Position numbers and translations under genes: made by a program
NCBI GenBank assembly: GCA_029717555.1
Contig: JAMDHS010000011.1
Span: 124,001-188,000, forward strand
Source: Peribolospora baueri
Lineage: Eukaryota
Length of the DNA stretch: 64,000 bases
Direction: 5' to 3'
The notes under the pieces: model-generated
Told to the model about the DNA's origin: nothing
The model's database searches: none
The model's input: the letters and a program-made list of their open reading frames with translations, nothing else
Part shown: in pieces, positions 13,401 to 26,157 of the stretch
How positions within the stretch are numbered: the first letter of the stretch is position 1
How the letters are laid out: every line of letters begins with the position of its first letter

Positions 13401-14762
13401 CGCAGGCGTGCCGTGCCGATTGGGCACGGCTCGCTTGCACTTGCTTCCTTGGCCCTTCTGGCCGACGCCACGGCACCGACGCGATTCGACGGCTGGGTGG
13501 TCGAGTTACAAGGACGATCTTACTCACTCTAGCTAACGAACCGGGTCATTCCTCGTCGTCTTCGTTCTTTGTCTTCGTCCTCCTCCTCCTCTTCGTGCTC
13601 TGCCGCGGCGAAAAGGCCTTGCCGAAAGCCAAAGCAATTCCGCTGCCGCGTGCCGGCGTGGCGTGGGTTGCCGATGTTCGTTCGTTCGTTGCCGGCGTCG
13701 ACGGACCGGGCGACCGGATAGATGGACGCTACGAGGACCCGCTCGCTCGCTGATAATGCGTTGGGCGGGCGGGCGGGCGGGCGGACGTGGACGAGAGAGG
13801 GCGTCCGTTAGGAACGGCACATACGTAGTAGATACGGTCGTTCTCCACCGAATCGGCCACTGCCGGGTGGTGGTCGACGTAGTCCACGTGGACGATCTGG
13901 CGCAGTCAGAGACAGACAGACAGTCAGTCAAGAAAGAGAAATATGGAGCGAGCGAGCAAGCTTGACGGCCGGACGGTCGTATCGATCGATTGTCGTCATC
14001 GTCGACGTAAGTTTACGTTACGTTCGTAACGAATCGCCGAGTCTGGGAGCGGGCGCGCGGACGGATGTGGTGCCCGCCCGCTTCTTTGCCGCCCCCTTCG
14101 GCTCGCTTACTTCATGCATGGATACGATGTCGATCGCCGAGCGAGACATCCATGCCTTCCTCCATCCATCCATACTCGAGCCGCTCGAAACGTCCGAGAA
14201 GGACCGACGAATGTCGTCGGCGGTCGGCTTTCGATCGTGTTCCTGTTCCTGTTCGTGGTTCAGCTGACCGACGATCCGACGATCTCGATCTCTCTCGCCC
14301 GCTTCTTTCTTCTTCGTCTTCGCCCACCGTCCGTCTGTTCGTCCGAGTCGAGCGAGCGAGCGAGTGAGCTGCTCTGCCCCGGGGGCCAGCCGAGCCAAGC
14401 CGAGCCGAGCCGAGCACCCGGCGGACCGAAGGGAGGTCTTATTAGGTGGGTGGGTGACGGTCATCGAGGCGTTGTCTAGACAGCCCGGGGCTCCACTCCG
14501 GCGACGGCGATCGCGACGGCAAGAGCGAGAGGAACGCATGTATGTAATGCGGTCATTTGGGCTGTCGTTTCGAGGAGCCTGTCTATCGGTCTGTCTGTCT
14601 GTCTATCTATCTATAATCTATACCGTCGTCTCATCTCCCACGCCGCGCGCGCGTACGTAGCTGACGTCGAATTCGGGGCTGGGAACTAATAACTGACTGG
14701 GGTGAGGGAGCGGGGGCGGGGGCGGGCTAGGTGCTGTTTCGATCGATGGAAGCCGCCCATCA

Positions 14763-14807
14763 GTCGGTCGGTCGGTCGGTCGGTCGGTCGGTCGGTCGGT
14801 CGGTCGG
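14763..14807. repeat. (GTCG)n tetranucleotide microsatellite
   Basis: About 11 perfect GTCG units. Confidence 0.95.
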
Positions 14808-16656
14808 TGGGGCAGCGGGAGGGAGGCGCGACGCCAAGCATTCCGACGACGAGTGCCAAGGTGAAAGAAGGAAGGGAGGCATGCAGGTGGGCAGGTAGAA
14901 AAAGAAGCATTGTCATCGAGACGACGGCCAAGGGAAACTTGGGACTGGACTGCCAAGAAAGGGGTCGTTGGGTTGGCGCGAGATGGAAAGAAGCATGAAT
15001 TTGCCAAGGATTGCGGGGCGGGGCATGTGGGATGGGTGGATGGACGGATGGATGGGACGAGTGTTCTTCTGTCTAGATGGATGGGAGAGGAAGAAGGAGG
15101 GAGAGGGTTGCTTGGCGAGCGAGTGCCAGCGTTCTTCGATCCATCCTTCGCTCGTTCCATCGTTCGTTCGTTCGTTCTGCCCGCCCGCCCGCCAGCCGGC
15201 CGTTTATGCGACGTGGAGTGACGGACGGAGGCATGGAGAAGGAGAAGGGGCGACGGACTGCAGGGTCGCGTGAAAGGGGTGTACCATCGAACAAGGACTG
15301 TCTTGTCGTCGTTCGATTCGTCGATTCGTCGAAGGGGGTCTATGTACGTGTACTAAGTACATGCGGCGGGGCAAGCGGTAGTGGCCGCGAACTAGGGAGG
15401 AACTGGACGTCCAGTGCGGCGCTGCCCTGCACCACACCGCACCACACCACACCGCGCTGCGCTCCGCTTCGATCCGCGTTGGCGGCGGCGGCGACGGTAG
15501 CAGCGGCGGCACCGCATTGAACTGGGCGGGGCTTGTGGGGCTTGTCAGACGAGACGGACCGTACTGGCGTTGGGGCCGTCGTGTTTGGCCCGCGGCGCGA
15601 GGTCTACTAAAGAGGGAGTCCAAGGGGATAAAGAAAGAAAGAAAGAAAAGAAAAGGAAACGAAAGTGGTTTCGTCAAGTTTGAGCCGCCGGCGCTCGGCG
15701 CGGCGCAGAATGGCGCTCCACTTCCATCGGCGGGCGGGCGGGCGGGTTGGGTTGGGGGAGCCGCCTCAAGCGTATCGTGTGCGCGTTGGGGGAGGGAGCC
15801 ACACTTGCCGTTAGAAAGAAAGAAGCTCGACATCATCATGCGTCATCGGCCAGATAGATCCAAGTAAGCAACGCAACGCAACGAAAGAAAGGAAAAAAAA
15901 AAAAAAAGAAGTGATCCGGACTGGGCCGCGGGTCGCACCGCACGCTAAGCTCCCATCCCATCCCATGTTCGCGTGGCCCGCTGTACTCCCCCGCCGGGTC
16001 CGGACTTATTTTTATACGACGGCGGTGCGGTGCGCATTTGCGTTACTCGGGATACGCATTACGGCCATAGTATACAAGATACGCTGCAGGCGACGAGGAG
16101 CGGCGACAACTGTTGTTGGTTAGTAACGGACGGCGCGAGAAGGAAAAGAGAAGACAAGACGGCGAGTTGGTCGCCGACCGGCGGGCGGGCCGGAGTCGAC
16201 CGGAAGGTGAGCGGGTGGAAGGGAGGAGGGAAAAGAGGACGGGATGGGACGGGATGGAGAGGAGGGAGGGATGGAGCGACGAGCGTCGTGCCGGTTCGGC
16301 CGGGCTGGGTGGGATGGAGGGGCCAGAAAGGTGGGTGCAAGTGAAATGAGATCGACAAGGGGTGGATGGAGGAAGGATGAAGGATGGCGGCGGCGAGCGT
16401 TCGTATGTCTGTCTGTCTATCTGTACTCGAGCGCTCCTTAATCGATCGCGATCAGCCCTTGTTCGCCGTCCGTCGTTGCGGCGGCGACCGGGTCGGGCTG
16501 TGATTGCGCCGGTGCCGGTGCCGGTCCACTCGGGGCCTTAGTAAACGGGCGAGCGTGGGACGAGGAGAGGAGGGGAGGGAGAAAATGAAAAATTAAAAAA
16601 ATAAAAATAAAAAAAGTGAAACCGGCTGTCTGTTTGACTGTTTGCGGTCTGGCTGG

Positions 16657-16657
16657 C

Positions 16658-16701
<44 letters not shown>

Positions 16702-16746
16702 CGTCCGTCCGTCTGTGACTGTTGACAGACAGACAGACAGACAGAC
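16657..16746. repeat. (CTGT)n-(CCGT)n microsatellite followed by complementary (GACA)n tract
   Basis: ctgtctgt... run from ~16657 to 16715, then gacagaca... at ~16724-16746; the two tracts are mutually complementary. Confidence 0.9.
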
Positions 16747-17181
16747 GCGGCCTTTTCGCTTATGATCCTTTGCGATGAGGAAGAGGGACGGATGGGGTTG
16801 GATTGCAATCGGAACGAGTCCAACGAAGCGCTCTTCACTGTCGACGCGTTGTTGCGGAGACGACGTGGAGGGGAGAGAAGAAGGGGAACGAGGAAGGAAA
16901 GATGGATGGGATGGATGACGGACATGCCAGAAGAAAAAAAAGAAGATACGTTGTGCTGAGTCCGGACGAGATGGCGAGCAGAAAAGAGCGAGCGAGGCCA
17001 AGCAAGCAAGGCTAGCCGATGCCAGCGTTTGGCCGTTCGTTGGCCGTTCGTTGGCCGTCGCCGTTTGCGCACCGCCGGCCTCTCCCTTCGCGGCCTACGG
17101 GCTACGGCCACGGACTGGCACCGGCACGGCGGACGCTTTCGGACTGGCTACGCCTTCAGCCGAAGCGAGCCCGGCCAGACC

Positions 17182-17182
17182 A

Positions 17183-17208
<26 letters not shown>
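17182..17208. repeat. (AACG)n microsatellite upstream of PMA1
   Basis: aacgaacgaacg... about 7 units. Confidence 0.9.
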
Positions 17209-17213
<5 letters not shown>

Positions 17214-17633
17214 AGCCAGTAGTAGTTGAGCGTCAGCGAGGCCGTAGTCAGTCCCTTCTCTCTCTCAGTCAGTCAGTCCGTCTGAGTGAGACCCCCTCAA
17301 CTCGCTCGCCTGACCTTGTCGCCCGCTCATGGCCGCCGCCCCGTCCGGTTCATAATAAAGGCGACGCCCGTCCGACCATCCCACGAACCCTTCCATCATC
17401 CCACCCACCACCACCTCTCTCTCGCCATCCATCCTCCATTCCCTCCCATCCATCCCATCCCGCCCTCCGCCGCTCGCTCCTTCTCTTTCTCTCTCTTCCC
17501 CCCCTCCCCCTTTCTTTTCTCTCTCCTTCCCCCTCTTTCTACCCCTTCTTACCTCCTGCCCCCTTATAGCGCACCCTACGCCCTCGCCTCGTCCGCCCCC
17601 CATCCGCGTCACCCCAACTAAATCCATCCAACC

Positions 17634-20600
17634 ATGTCCGACAACGCCAACACCGCCGCCCCAGAGGTGAACGAAAAGGAGGCCCAAGTCAACGGCGAAT
17701 CCGCGCCGGCGACCAACGGCGCCTCCACCCCGGCGACCGACGAGAAAAAGGTCACCAAGCACCGCGACATCGACGACGACCACGACAACAAGGGCCCCAA
17801 GCATGCCCTCGTCGACATGTCCACCATCGAACTCAAGGCCGAGGACCTGTACGACAAGGAAAAAGTCGACCTCGAGTCCATCGAAGTCGAGGACGTCTTC
17901 AAGCTCCTCCAGTGTGACGAGGCCGGTCTCACCACCGACGAGGCCAAGCGCCGTATCGAACTCTTCGGCCCCAACAAGCTCGAATCGGAGGAGCAGAACG
18001 CGTTCCTCCAGTTCCTGTCGTTCATGTGGAACCCCCTGTCCTGGGTCATGGAGGGTGAGTGTTGTGTTGGTGGTTGTCTCGTCGGCCTCCATTCCTGACA
18101 ACCCCCCTACCCATCCCCCAGGTGCCGCCCTCGTCGCCATCGCTCTTTCCAACGGTCAGGGTCGCGCTCCCGACTGGGAGGACTTTGTCGGTATCGTTCT
18201 CCTCCTCTTCATCAACTCCACCATCGGTTTCATCGAAGAGCGCAACGCCGGTAACGCCGTCAAGGCCCTCATGGACTCGCTCGCGCCCAAGGCAAAGGTC
18301 AAGCGCGACGGCAAGTGGGGCGAGATTGAGTCCTCCGAACTCGTTCCCGGCGACATGGTCGCCTTCAAGATCGGCGACATCGTCCCCGCCGACTGCCGTC
18401 TCACCGAGTCCATCAACGTCTCCATCGACCAGGCCGCCCTCACCGGCGAGTCGCTCCCCCAGAGCAAGAAGCTCGGCGACCAGTGCTTCTCCGGTTCCAC
18501 CTGCAAGCAGGGTGAGGCTGAGGGTGTCGTCATCTCCACCGGTGCCAACACCTTCTTCGGTCGCGCTGCCTCGCTCGTCGGTCAGGACGACGACACCGCT
18601 GGTCACCTTCAGAAGATTCTCGCCCAGATCGGTTCCTTCTGCCTTGTCTCCATCGGCATCTTCGTTCTCGCCGAGATCCTCGTCCTCTACGCCGGCTTCC
18701 GCTACCAGTACCGTCGCGGTCTCGACAACATCCTCGTCCTCTTGATCGGTGGTATCCCCATCGCCATGCCCACCGTCTTGTCTGTCACCCTCGCCGTCGG
18801 CGCCCAGCAGCTCGCCAAGCACAAGGCCATCGTCACCCGTATCACCGCCATCGAGGAGCTCGCCGGTGTCACCATCCTCTGCTCCGACAAGACTGGCACG
18901 CTGACCACCAACAAGCTCATCATCGACAAGCAGCTCGTCAAGACCTACGGCCCCTTCAACGCCGACGAGGTCATCCTCTTCTCCGCCTACGCCTCCCGTA
19001 CCGAGAACCAGGACGCCATCGACGCTTGCGTCGTCGGCTCCCTCGACGACCCCGCCAAGGCCCGCGCCGGCATCAAGCTCCTCGACTTCAAGCCCTTCGA
19101 CCCCGTCACCAAGCGTACCGAGATCACCTACTTCGAGGAGGCCTCCGGCAAGATGAAGCGCGTCACCAAGGGCATGACCGGTATCATCATCGACCTCTGC
19201 TCCCGCAACAAGACCGAGCAGCAGGAGGCCCAGCTCGAGGCCGACGTCGAAGAGTTCGCCTCCCGCGGTCTCCGTGCCCTCGCCGTCGCCTTTGAGGAGG
19301 TTCCCGCGAACGACAAGGACGCTGAGGGCAACGGCTTTGAGCTCATCGGCCTTCTCGCCATCTTCGACCCGCCCCGTGACGACACCAAGCAGACGCTCGA
19401 CGACGCTCAGGCCCTCGGCGTGCGCGTCAAGATGGTGACCGGTGACCAGCTCGCTATCGCCAAGGAGACCGGTCGCCGTCTCGGCCTCGGTGACCACATG
19501 TACCCCGCCAAGGTCCTCCAGCCCGGCGGTTTCCCCGAGGGCGGTAAGCACATGAGCATCGACGACATGATCATGGACGCCGACGGTTTCGCTGGCGTCT
19601 ACCCCGAGCACAAGTACGAGATCGTCAAGCGCGTCCAGGCTCAGGGCCACCTCGTCGCCATGACCGGTGACGGCGCCAACGACGCCCCCGCTCTGTCCCG
19701 CGCCAACGTCGGTGTCGCCGTCGAGGGTGCCACCGACGCCGCCCGTGGCGCCGCCGACATTGTCCTCACCGAGCCCGGTCTCTCCACCATCGTCCACGCC
19801 ATCCGCGGCTCTCGTATCATCTTCCAGCGCATGAGGAACTACTCGGTCTACGCCTGCGCCGTCACCATCCGTATCGTCGTCTGCTTCGCCGTCCTCGCTT
19901 TCGCCTACAAGTTCGATTTCCCGCCGTTCATGATTCTTATCATCGCCCTCCTCAACGACGGTACCATCATGACCCTCTCCGTCGACCGCGTCCTGCCCTC
20001 CATGACCCCCGACCACTGGGACCTGACCGAGATTTTCGCCTATGCGGTCGTCTACGGCGCTTATCTCACCCTCTCCACCGTCGTCCTCTTCATCGTCGCC
20101 GTCGAGACCACCTGGTTCCAGAGGAGGTTTGGTGCCGAGTACCTCAACGCGACCAACGACGAGAACCTGCCGGTGGACGTGAACGACAACAAGCTGCACA
20201 CGATCATCTACCTCCAGGTCGCCATCATCTCCCAGGCCCTCATCTTCGTCACCCGTTCCCACGGCTTCTTCTTCATGGAGCGCCCCTCGGTCGCCCTCTT
20301 TGGCGCCTTCTGCATCGCCCAGCTCGTCTCCTCCATCATCGCCGCCTACGGCGACTGGGGCTTCACCAACATCCACTCCGTCTCCGGCGCCTGGATCGGT
20401 ATCGTCTGGGTGTGGAACATTGTCTGGTTCCTCCCCCTCGACCTGGTCAAGTTTGCCATGAAGGCCGCCGTCAAGTCCTACCGCGCCAAGTTTGTCCAGG
20501 CTTCCCCGTCCCAGTTCAGCAAGGCTGGCGAGGACGGTCAGCTGAGCCGGACGACGTCGCGCGCCGCGTCGGTGCACGAGTCATTGTACGCCAACCGCGT

Positions 20601-20739
20601 CTCGTTCCTCACTCGCGCCCAGCGCCGACTCGGCCTCGGCAAGGGCAAGAAGCTGGCGATGAACGACCGCGAGCTCCAGCGGTTCGGCTCGATCCAGGCC
20701 CAGCAGTCCGGTGCCACCCTCGGCGGCGCTCGCGCTTAA
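17634..20739 (+). CDS. PMA1: Plasma-membrane H+-ATPase (P-type IIIA), ~1012 aa
   Basis: FMWNPLSWVME, TGES, CSDKTGTLT phosphorylation motif, DPPR, MVTGD, TGDGANDAPAL, LNDGTIMT. Single intron 18055-18121 (GTGAGT...CTGAC...CAG). Strong C-ending codon bias. Confidence 0.98.
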
Positions 20740-21588
20740 GAGGCGAGGCCGACCGCGCCTAGAGTCGTCGGTCGGACTTGTGACGCTGAGTTTTTCGCAT
20801 TGCTGCCTTTTTTGCCAGGTGCGGCGGCGCACGTCGTCGCTCTGCCTGCCCCCCGCGTCGTACTCGCTCGCTATACTCTCTCCTCCCCCCTCTCCCCCTG
20901 TCTGTTTAATATTCGTCGCCCGTCCGTCTCCTTGCGCCCAGTTCCCCCATCCTCTCCCTCCCCCAACCCAACCTTGTCCGGACGTGCTGCTGTTGCTTCC
21001 GTGGTTGTTATGACCCCGAAGCTTTCGTGTTGGATCCCACCGCCGCCCGCGTTCGTTAACTTGAAACTTTAGATGCGCAGATTGATCATGAGAGGCATCC
21101 TTCGTCCGTTCGTCCCAGATGGAACGACATGAGGGCATTCCTTCGTCCCTTCCTTCATTTCTTCCCTTCCATCTCCCCATCATCTCCTTTGACGGATCCG
21201 CCTTGATTTGATCGTTTCATCGAGATACACCTCCTTCCGAACACGAACCCGAGAACTTAGACGCCCCATCCCCCATCAACTATCATTTGATTTTAGCTAG
21301 TTAGCCACCCCAACCCCACACCGCCGCCCAGTGTAGCGCACAACCCCGCGCTGGTTTGCCCCCCCCCCCCCCCCCCCGGGACAACCGCCTACAACGCCCG
21401 AAACCCCTACAACCCCCATTCCCGAAATCGTAACGAAGGAAGCGTGTTATAAACCTTGAGCCTGATTGATCGAGCTCTGCGGTGCGCGTGCGAGAATGAA
21501 ACGAATAAGATGCGGGTTGGGAAACGAGAATGGATGGATAGAGGAGAAGGAACGGGGAGGGAAAGACGTTGACGAACGCCGACCGGAC

Positions 21589-21618
21589 CGTGTGTTGTGT
21601 TGTGTTGTGTTGTGTTGT
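21589..21618. repeat. (TGTGT)n pentanucleotide microsatellite
   Basis: gtgttgtgttgtgtt... about 6 units. Confidence 0.85.
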
Positions 21619-22165
21619 ATGGAACTCTCGTCCGAGCCGTCGGCCATCGTCGGACGCCATCATTCGTCGACTCCATCCTTTGTCGACTTGGTTGGCTGGG
21701 CAAGGCGATGCTCTCTCTCTCTTTTTCTCTCTTGTCTCGCTCTTTCTCTCTCTCTTGCTCGCTCTTGCGTTGCGTTCTTGCTCGCTCACTTTCACTAGAC
21801 TCCACAGTCGCTTCGCTCGTTCGCCCACGCATCATCCATCCAACCTACCATCAACCATCCAACCAACATCCATCCATCGTCCCTTTAAGCGCCCGCCTGG
21901 CCCCAGCCCGGCGCAAAGAAAGAAAGAAAGAAAGAAAGAGCGATCGATATTCGATTCGCATTTCGATGGATGTTGTCTTCCACACTCGACCGACTCGATC
22001 GACGGACCTAGGATTCGGTATCGCCTTTTTATGGGACGCCATGCGACAAGCCCAAGCCGAACTGAAGCTTCTCCCTCCCATGGCATGGGCATGGCACGGG
22101 GGTATCGAAGTCAAGTGTTCTACCAACGGCCCCGACGCTCGAGCTGGGCTAATAAAAGTTCAAGA

Positions 22166-24833
22166 TCAAGTCGGACGAGGGCGCGCAGTAATCCACACCA
22201 AGCTTCGGGTCACACCACGGAGCACGTCCGGACGGTGTCGGGCGGCGGTGATGGCGATGCCCATGGAGATAGAGAAGAGCATCCTGAATTGCGATTGTGT
22301 GGACAGAAGGGAAAACAACAAAATCGGCCATCAGCACCCACGGAGCTTGGCTTTGAAAGCTTTGGATTTGGATTGGATTCGCCCCCCGCGTACTCACCTC
22401 TCCACCCACAACACGCTCGTGCGTTCGCCGGACAGCCAACCAGGCTTGATCATCTCGCTCAGCGCGTACGTCGCTCGCGGGGCGACGTACAGCGCCATCT
22501 CGCCCCGCTTCCTCTTCTCCTCCACGAGGATGCTGAACCCGCACACTAGAGAGCCGAGCAGTGGGCCGTAGCCGTTGTCCCAGACCTTGTGTGACACGGA
22601 AGGGAAGAGGCGCGGGAAGAGGAGGGTGCGCTCGATGCATACCATGAACCAGATCGACGCTATAAAGGTGGAGAGGAAGGACGCGGACCGAGAGGAGGAG
22701 AGAAGGATGCGCGTGATAGTCCGGCGCGGTTGACGGAGGAAGAGGCGGCGGGCGAAGAGAAGGCGCGGGAGGGTGTGCACCTGCGCGGGAAACGAAAGGA
22801 AAGCGTTCGTGGACGTCAATAAAAGCCGCTACCGGGCGACGAGCAACCGAGTGCTCACCGGAAGGTAGATCATCATCGCCGTCCTCCAAGCCTTCAACCA
22901 CCGGTACCCTGCGTTTTTCCAGCAGCTCCCTCCACCGACGCCGCAGTGCACGACCTCGCACGGCACGCCGCCCATCTCGCCGCGACCGCGCAGCCCGGAG
23001 GCGCCTTGGAGGACGAACTTGGGGGAAGTCCGATCGTCGGTCGCGGCCGCCGCCTGCCGCTTCATCTCCCTCGCCTCCTTCCTGCCAGGCGGAAGCAGGA
23101 CGGGCTGGCCCCAGCTCCTGGGCCTGCCGAGATGTTCTGACAAGTCTCCCAGCAAAGCGGCCACGCGAGGCGAGCAAGGCTGACCGTACTGCCACCGGTC
23201 CGTCGCGGAGAGGCCCAGCTCGCGGGTGCAGGGAGCGTTGGGCCCATAACGGATGACACGGAGGGTCTGGAGGAGACGCTTGTCCATCGAAGAGAGGGAA
23301 GAGATCCTGGCGGAAGAGACGGTAGACGGACACGGTGAGCGCCGTGTCGTCCACATCGCTCGCGTCCACGCATGCACTGGCCACTTGGCAATCTTCACAG
23401 ACTCACCACTTGACGTAACTGGGGGGCAAGTTGTAAGGATGGTAGAACCAGGACCACATGATGATTGCTGCGATAGAGAGAGAGAGGCGACGACCGCAAG
23501 ATCAGCCTTTACATTATAAACCTCCACTCAGGGCCAGAGTCTGCTCACCACAACTAGCGATAAATACAGCGCTGTCGCCATGTTCCATGACTTTGCCGAC
23601 CGCGATGGCCTTGCACCTTTGCACGAAACTCGTCCCCAGCAAAGCCGGAGCGGAAGAAGCTGAGGCGGCTCTCACGCCGCTCGCCTGCGCGTTGGACGGT
23701 GACGATGAAACGGAGAGCGGAGGAGGACGATGGGGGGAGGGTTTGGCGAAACGGAAGAGCGTGTCTGCGGCACGGACGAGGACGAAGAGGGTGAGATCGA
23801 GGGTGGCAGAGGGGTTGGGGACGGGAGGAAGGGGGGCGAGGATGGCCGTCGTCGTGGTATTGGCGTCCGTATCGGTATTGGCTTCGATGTGGGCGCTTTC
23901 CGTCGCTTGCATGTGGGCGGACGAGGAAGAAGAGGGAGCGCGCGGATCGACGGGCGAGGTGGAGTGCGATGGCGAGGGCGAGGGCGTGACGTAGGCCGAC
24001 AGGGCGGTGAGGGGGTAAAGATAGTGGCTCGAGGGAGGGTAGGGAGTCGGAAGGACAGGTGTCGACGACTCGTCGCTGCCGCTGCCGCGACCGGGGCTCG
24101 CGGACTCGCCTCGAGGCGGCGGCGGACGAGGTGGGTGGAGCTGGCGCGACCGCGGGGTGTCCGACTTGCGAACGGGTGTCCTATAGCCGTGACGCTGGTA
24201 CCACACGAGGGCGAGACAACTGGCGAGCGTGCTCGTGGCGAACGTCGTCATCGCTCTCGCCCCCGCCGCGGATGCGAGCGAAACGCCACCCGTCGCTGTG
24301 TACTTGCTCCGCGCGGCAGGGGGACGGGAACGAGGATGGGAGACAACGAGCGAGACGAGTTCGTCCAAGAGGGCCCATACGAGCATGGCGAGGGCGCAGC
24401 TGGCAGCGAAGCCGTCGGGGCCGTGCGCGTCCACAAGGGTGGTCCCGACGGAGGAGAAGAGCGAGGAGAGGGACTGCAGCGGCCGGTGGGTGGGATGGCC
24501 GAGGGCGAGCGTGGGCGTGGAGCGCTGGGGGTGAGACTGCGCGTCGACATGTCCATCGATGTTGGCGTCAGTTCGAGGTCCGGCCCCGGCGGCGGCCGGC
24601 TGCCCACGACGGCCATCGCGCTTTGTGGCAGCTCTGACGGCGCGAAGGACGAAGCGGAGGAGGAGCTTGACGACGGGGGGTACGACGTCAATGGCGTACC
24701 CGACGGCGTACGCCTTGAGGGCGGGAAGGAGGAGTCGGAGGAGGAGCAAGGCGGTCTTGCCCCGGGCGTCGTCGAGCCGGCGAGCAGACGAGCGCGGGGC
24801 GGCGGCGGCCATGGTGGGATGCGATGGCGGCAT
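22166..24833 (-). CDS. Integral membrane protein, TMEM135/Tim17-like (peroxisomal membrane protein-like) family
   Basis: Spliced reading TLDLTLFVLVRAAD...AVFIASC-IIMWSWFYHPYNLPPSYVKWISSLSSMDKRLL...PCEVVH...MIYLPVHTLPRLL...RSASFLSTF...VEEKRKRGEMALYVAPRA...VERMLFSISMG. Four GTGAG-AG introns restore the frame. Confidence 0.75.
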
Positions 24834-26092
24834 CCGCGGGGGAGGTCTAGTGCAGAAAGGCGGAGCGCTGGTGTACGAAGAGAATGGGGGGCTCTATCAA
24901 ATCTACCGAGGTCGAAGAGCGATTGGCCAAAGGCTGGACGCGGAGAGGCGAAGCGTCATCTGTCTGAAGCGTGGTGGTGGTGGTGGTCGCCGCCGTCGCC
25001 TTCGCCGTCGTCGTCCACTTCGCCGTCGTCGTCGTCGTCGTCGTCGTCGTCGCTGGGAAGAAAGGACGTCCGGGACGAAGGCGGTTTTAGATATGTATTG
25101 TATGGATCGACGATCGAGTGGAGTCTTCCTTCGTGCCCCGGACACGGACCCGGACTCGGCGCGCATCCTCGCTTTTTGCACGTGGTACGTCGTCGGCTCA
25201 TCCGGGAGGGGCAAGCGCCGGCGAGGGCCGACTAATGAGTCGGTGACCGGTACCCTTCCTACGTTCGCCAATCTCCCTCGTACCTTTTCCATCTCTCTCC
25301 ACTTGGCGTCCCACTGCCTCTTCGTCTCTCATCTCTCGGCCATCCTGCCTCATCCCCTTCGCCGGTGACGCTGTAATCCGACAAGGGCCGTATCATGTCA
25401 TGTCATGTCATGTCATGTCGAAGCTGTCACTCGACCGAGACAGAGCGCGTCGCGCCCGTAGTAGATTTAGATTTATTTCCCCCTCGAACACTCCCCAAAA
25501 AACCCTGGCAATCCATCAATACCCTCAAGGTCCGCCATGTTGTCCAGGGCGGAAGGGAAGGGAAGGGGAGGTAGCGAGCGCACAAGGGAGGCCTGTCTGT
25601 CTGTTTGTTTGTCTTGTCTGTGGGTGGTGGGGTGACCAGATATCTGCGATCACCGCTTTTTCGGCGACGTCAAACGCCGGCTTGCATAAATCTTAGTTAG
25701 GTCTTGCGAGTCGGGAGAACGTTCGCGGGGAGGAAAAAAGGATGACAGAAACGATGTCATGCACGTCAAGCCTTCCTTCCTCCCCTTCTCGTCTTTCTGC
25801 CTCTTCTCCTCTTGGGGGAAATGTAGCGGCTCGCGAAGTGAGAAGGGACGGACTGGATGTCGTCCTCGTCGTCCTATCTCGCCACCGACGAACAAGCACC
25901 GCTTACCACATTCCATCAGTCCACCATTCCATCGTGACCGTGCGAGTGCGCCAAAAGCGGGCAAATAAAACGAAAGACGACATTGCGAGCGAGCGAACGA
26001 ACGAACGGGGGACGGACGAACCCAAGTAAGACACGAAAACGACGCGACACGACGCGCAAGCAAATATTCTTACATCCCCTTCCACCCACCGC

Positions 26093-26144
26093 CCATCCAT
26101 CCATCCATCCATCCATCCATCCATCCATCCATCCATCCATCCAT
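26093..26144. repeat. (CCAT)n microsatellite
   Basis: About 13 perfect CCAT units immediately downstream of the minus-strand gene stop. Confidence 0.95.
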
Positions 26145-26157
26145 TGTCCACCGTCGA

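Noticed and set aside
17329..17355. uORF MAAAPSGS* upstream of PMA1
   Set aside because: It may lie within a 5'-UTR intron (~17286-17569) or upstream of the TSS; it cannot be supported without transcript data.
18046..20577. 843-aa minus-strand ORF antisense to PMA1
   Set aside because: Shadow of the strong codon bias of PMA1; no protein-like motifs.
23730..25368. Long plus-strand ORFs (501 aa, 269 aa)
   Set aside because: Arg/Gly-rich antisense readings of the GC-rich TMEM135-like exon and of (GTC)n repeats.
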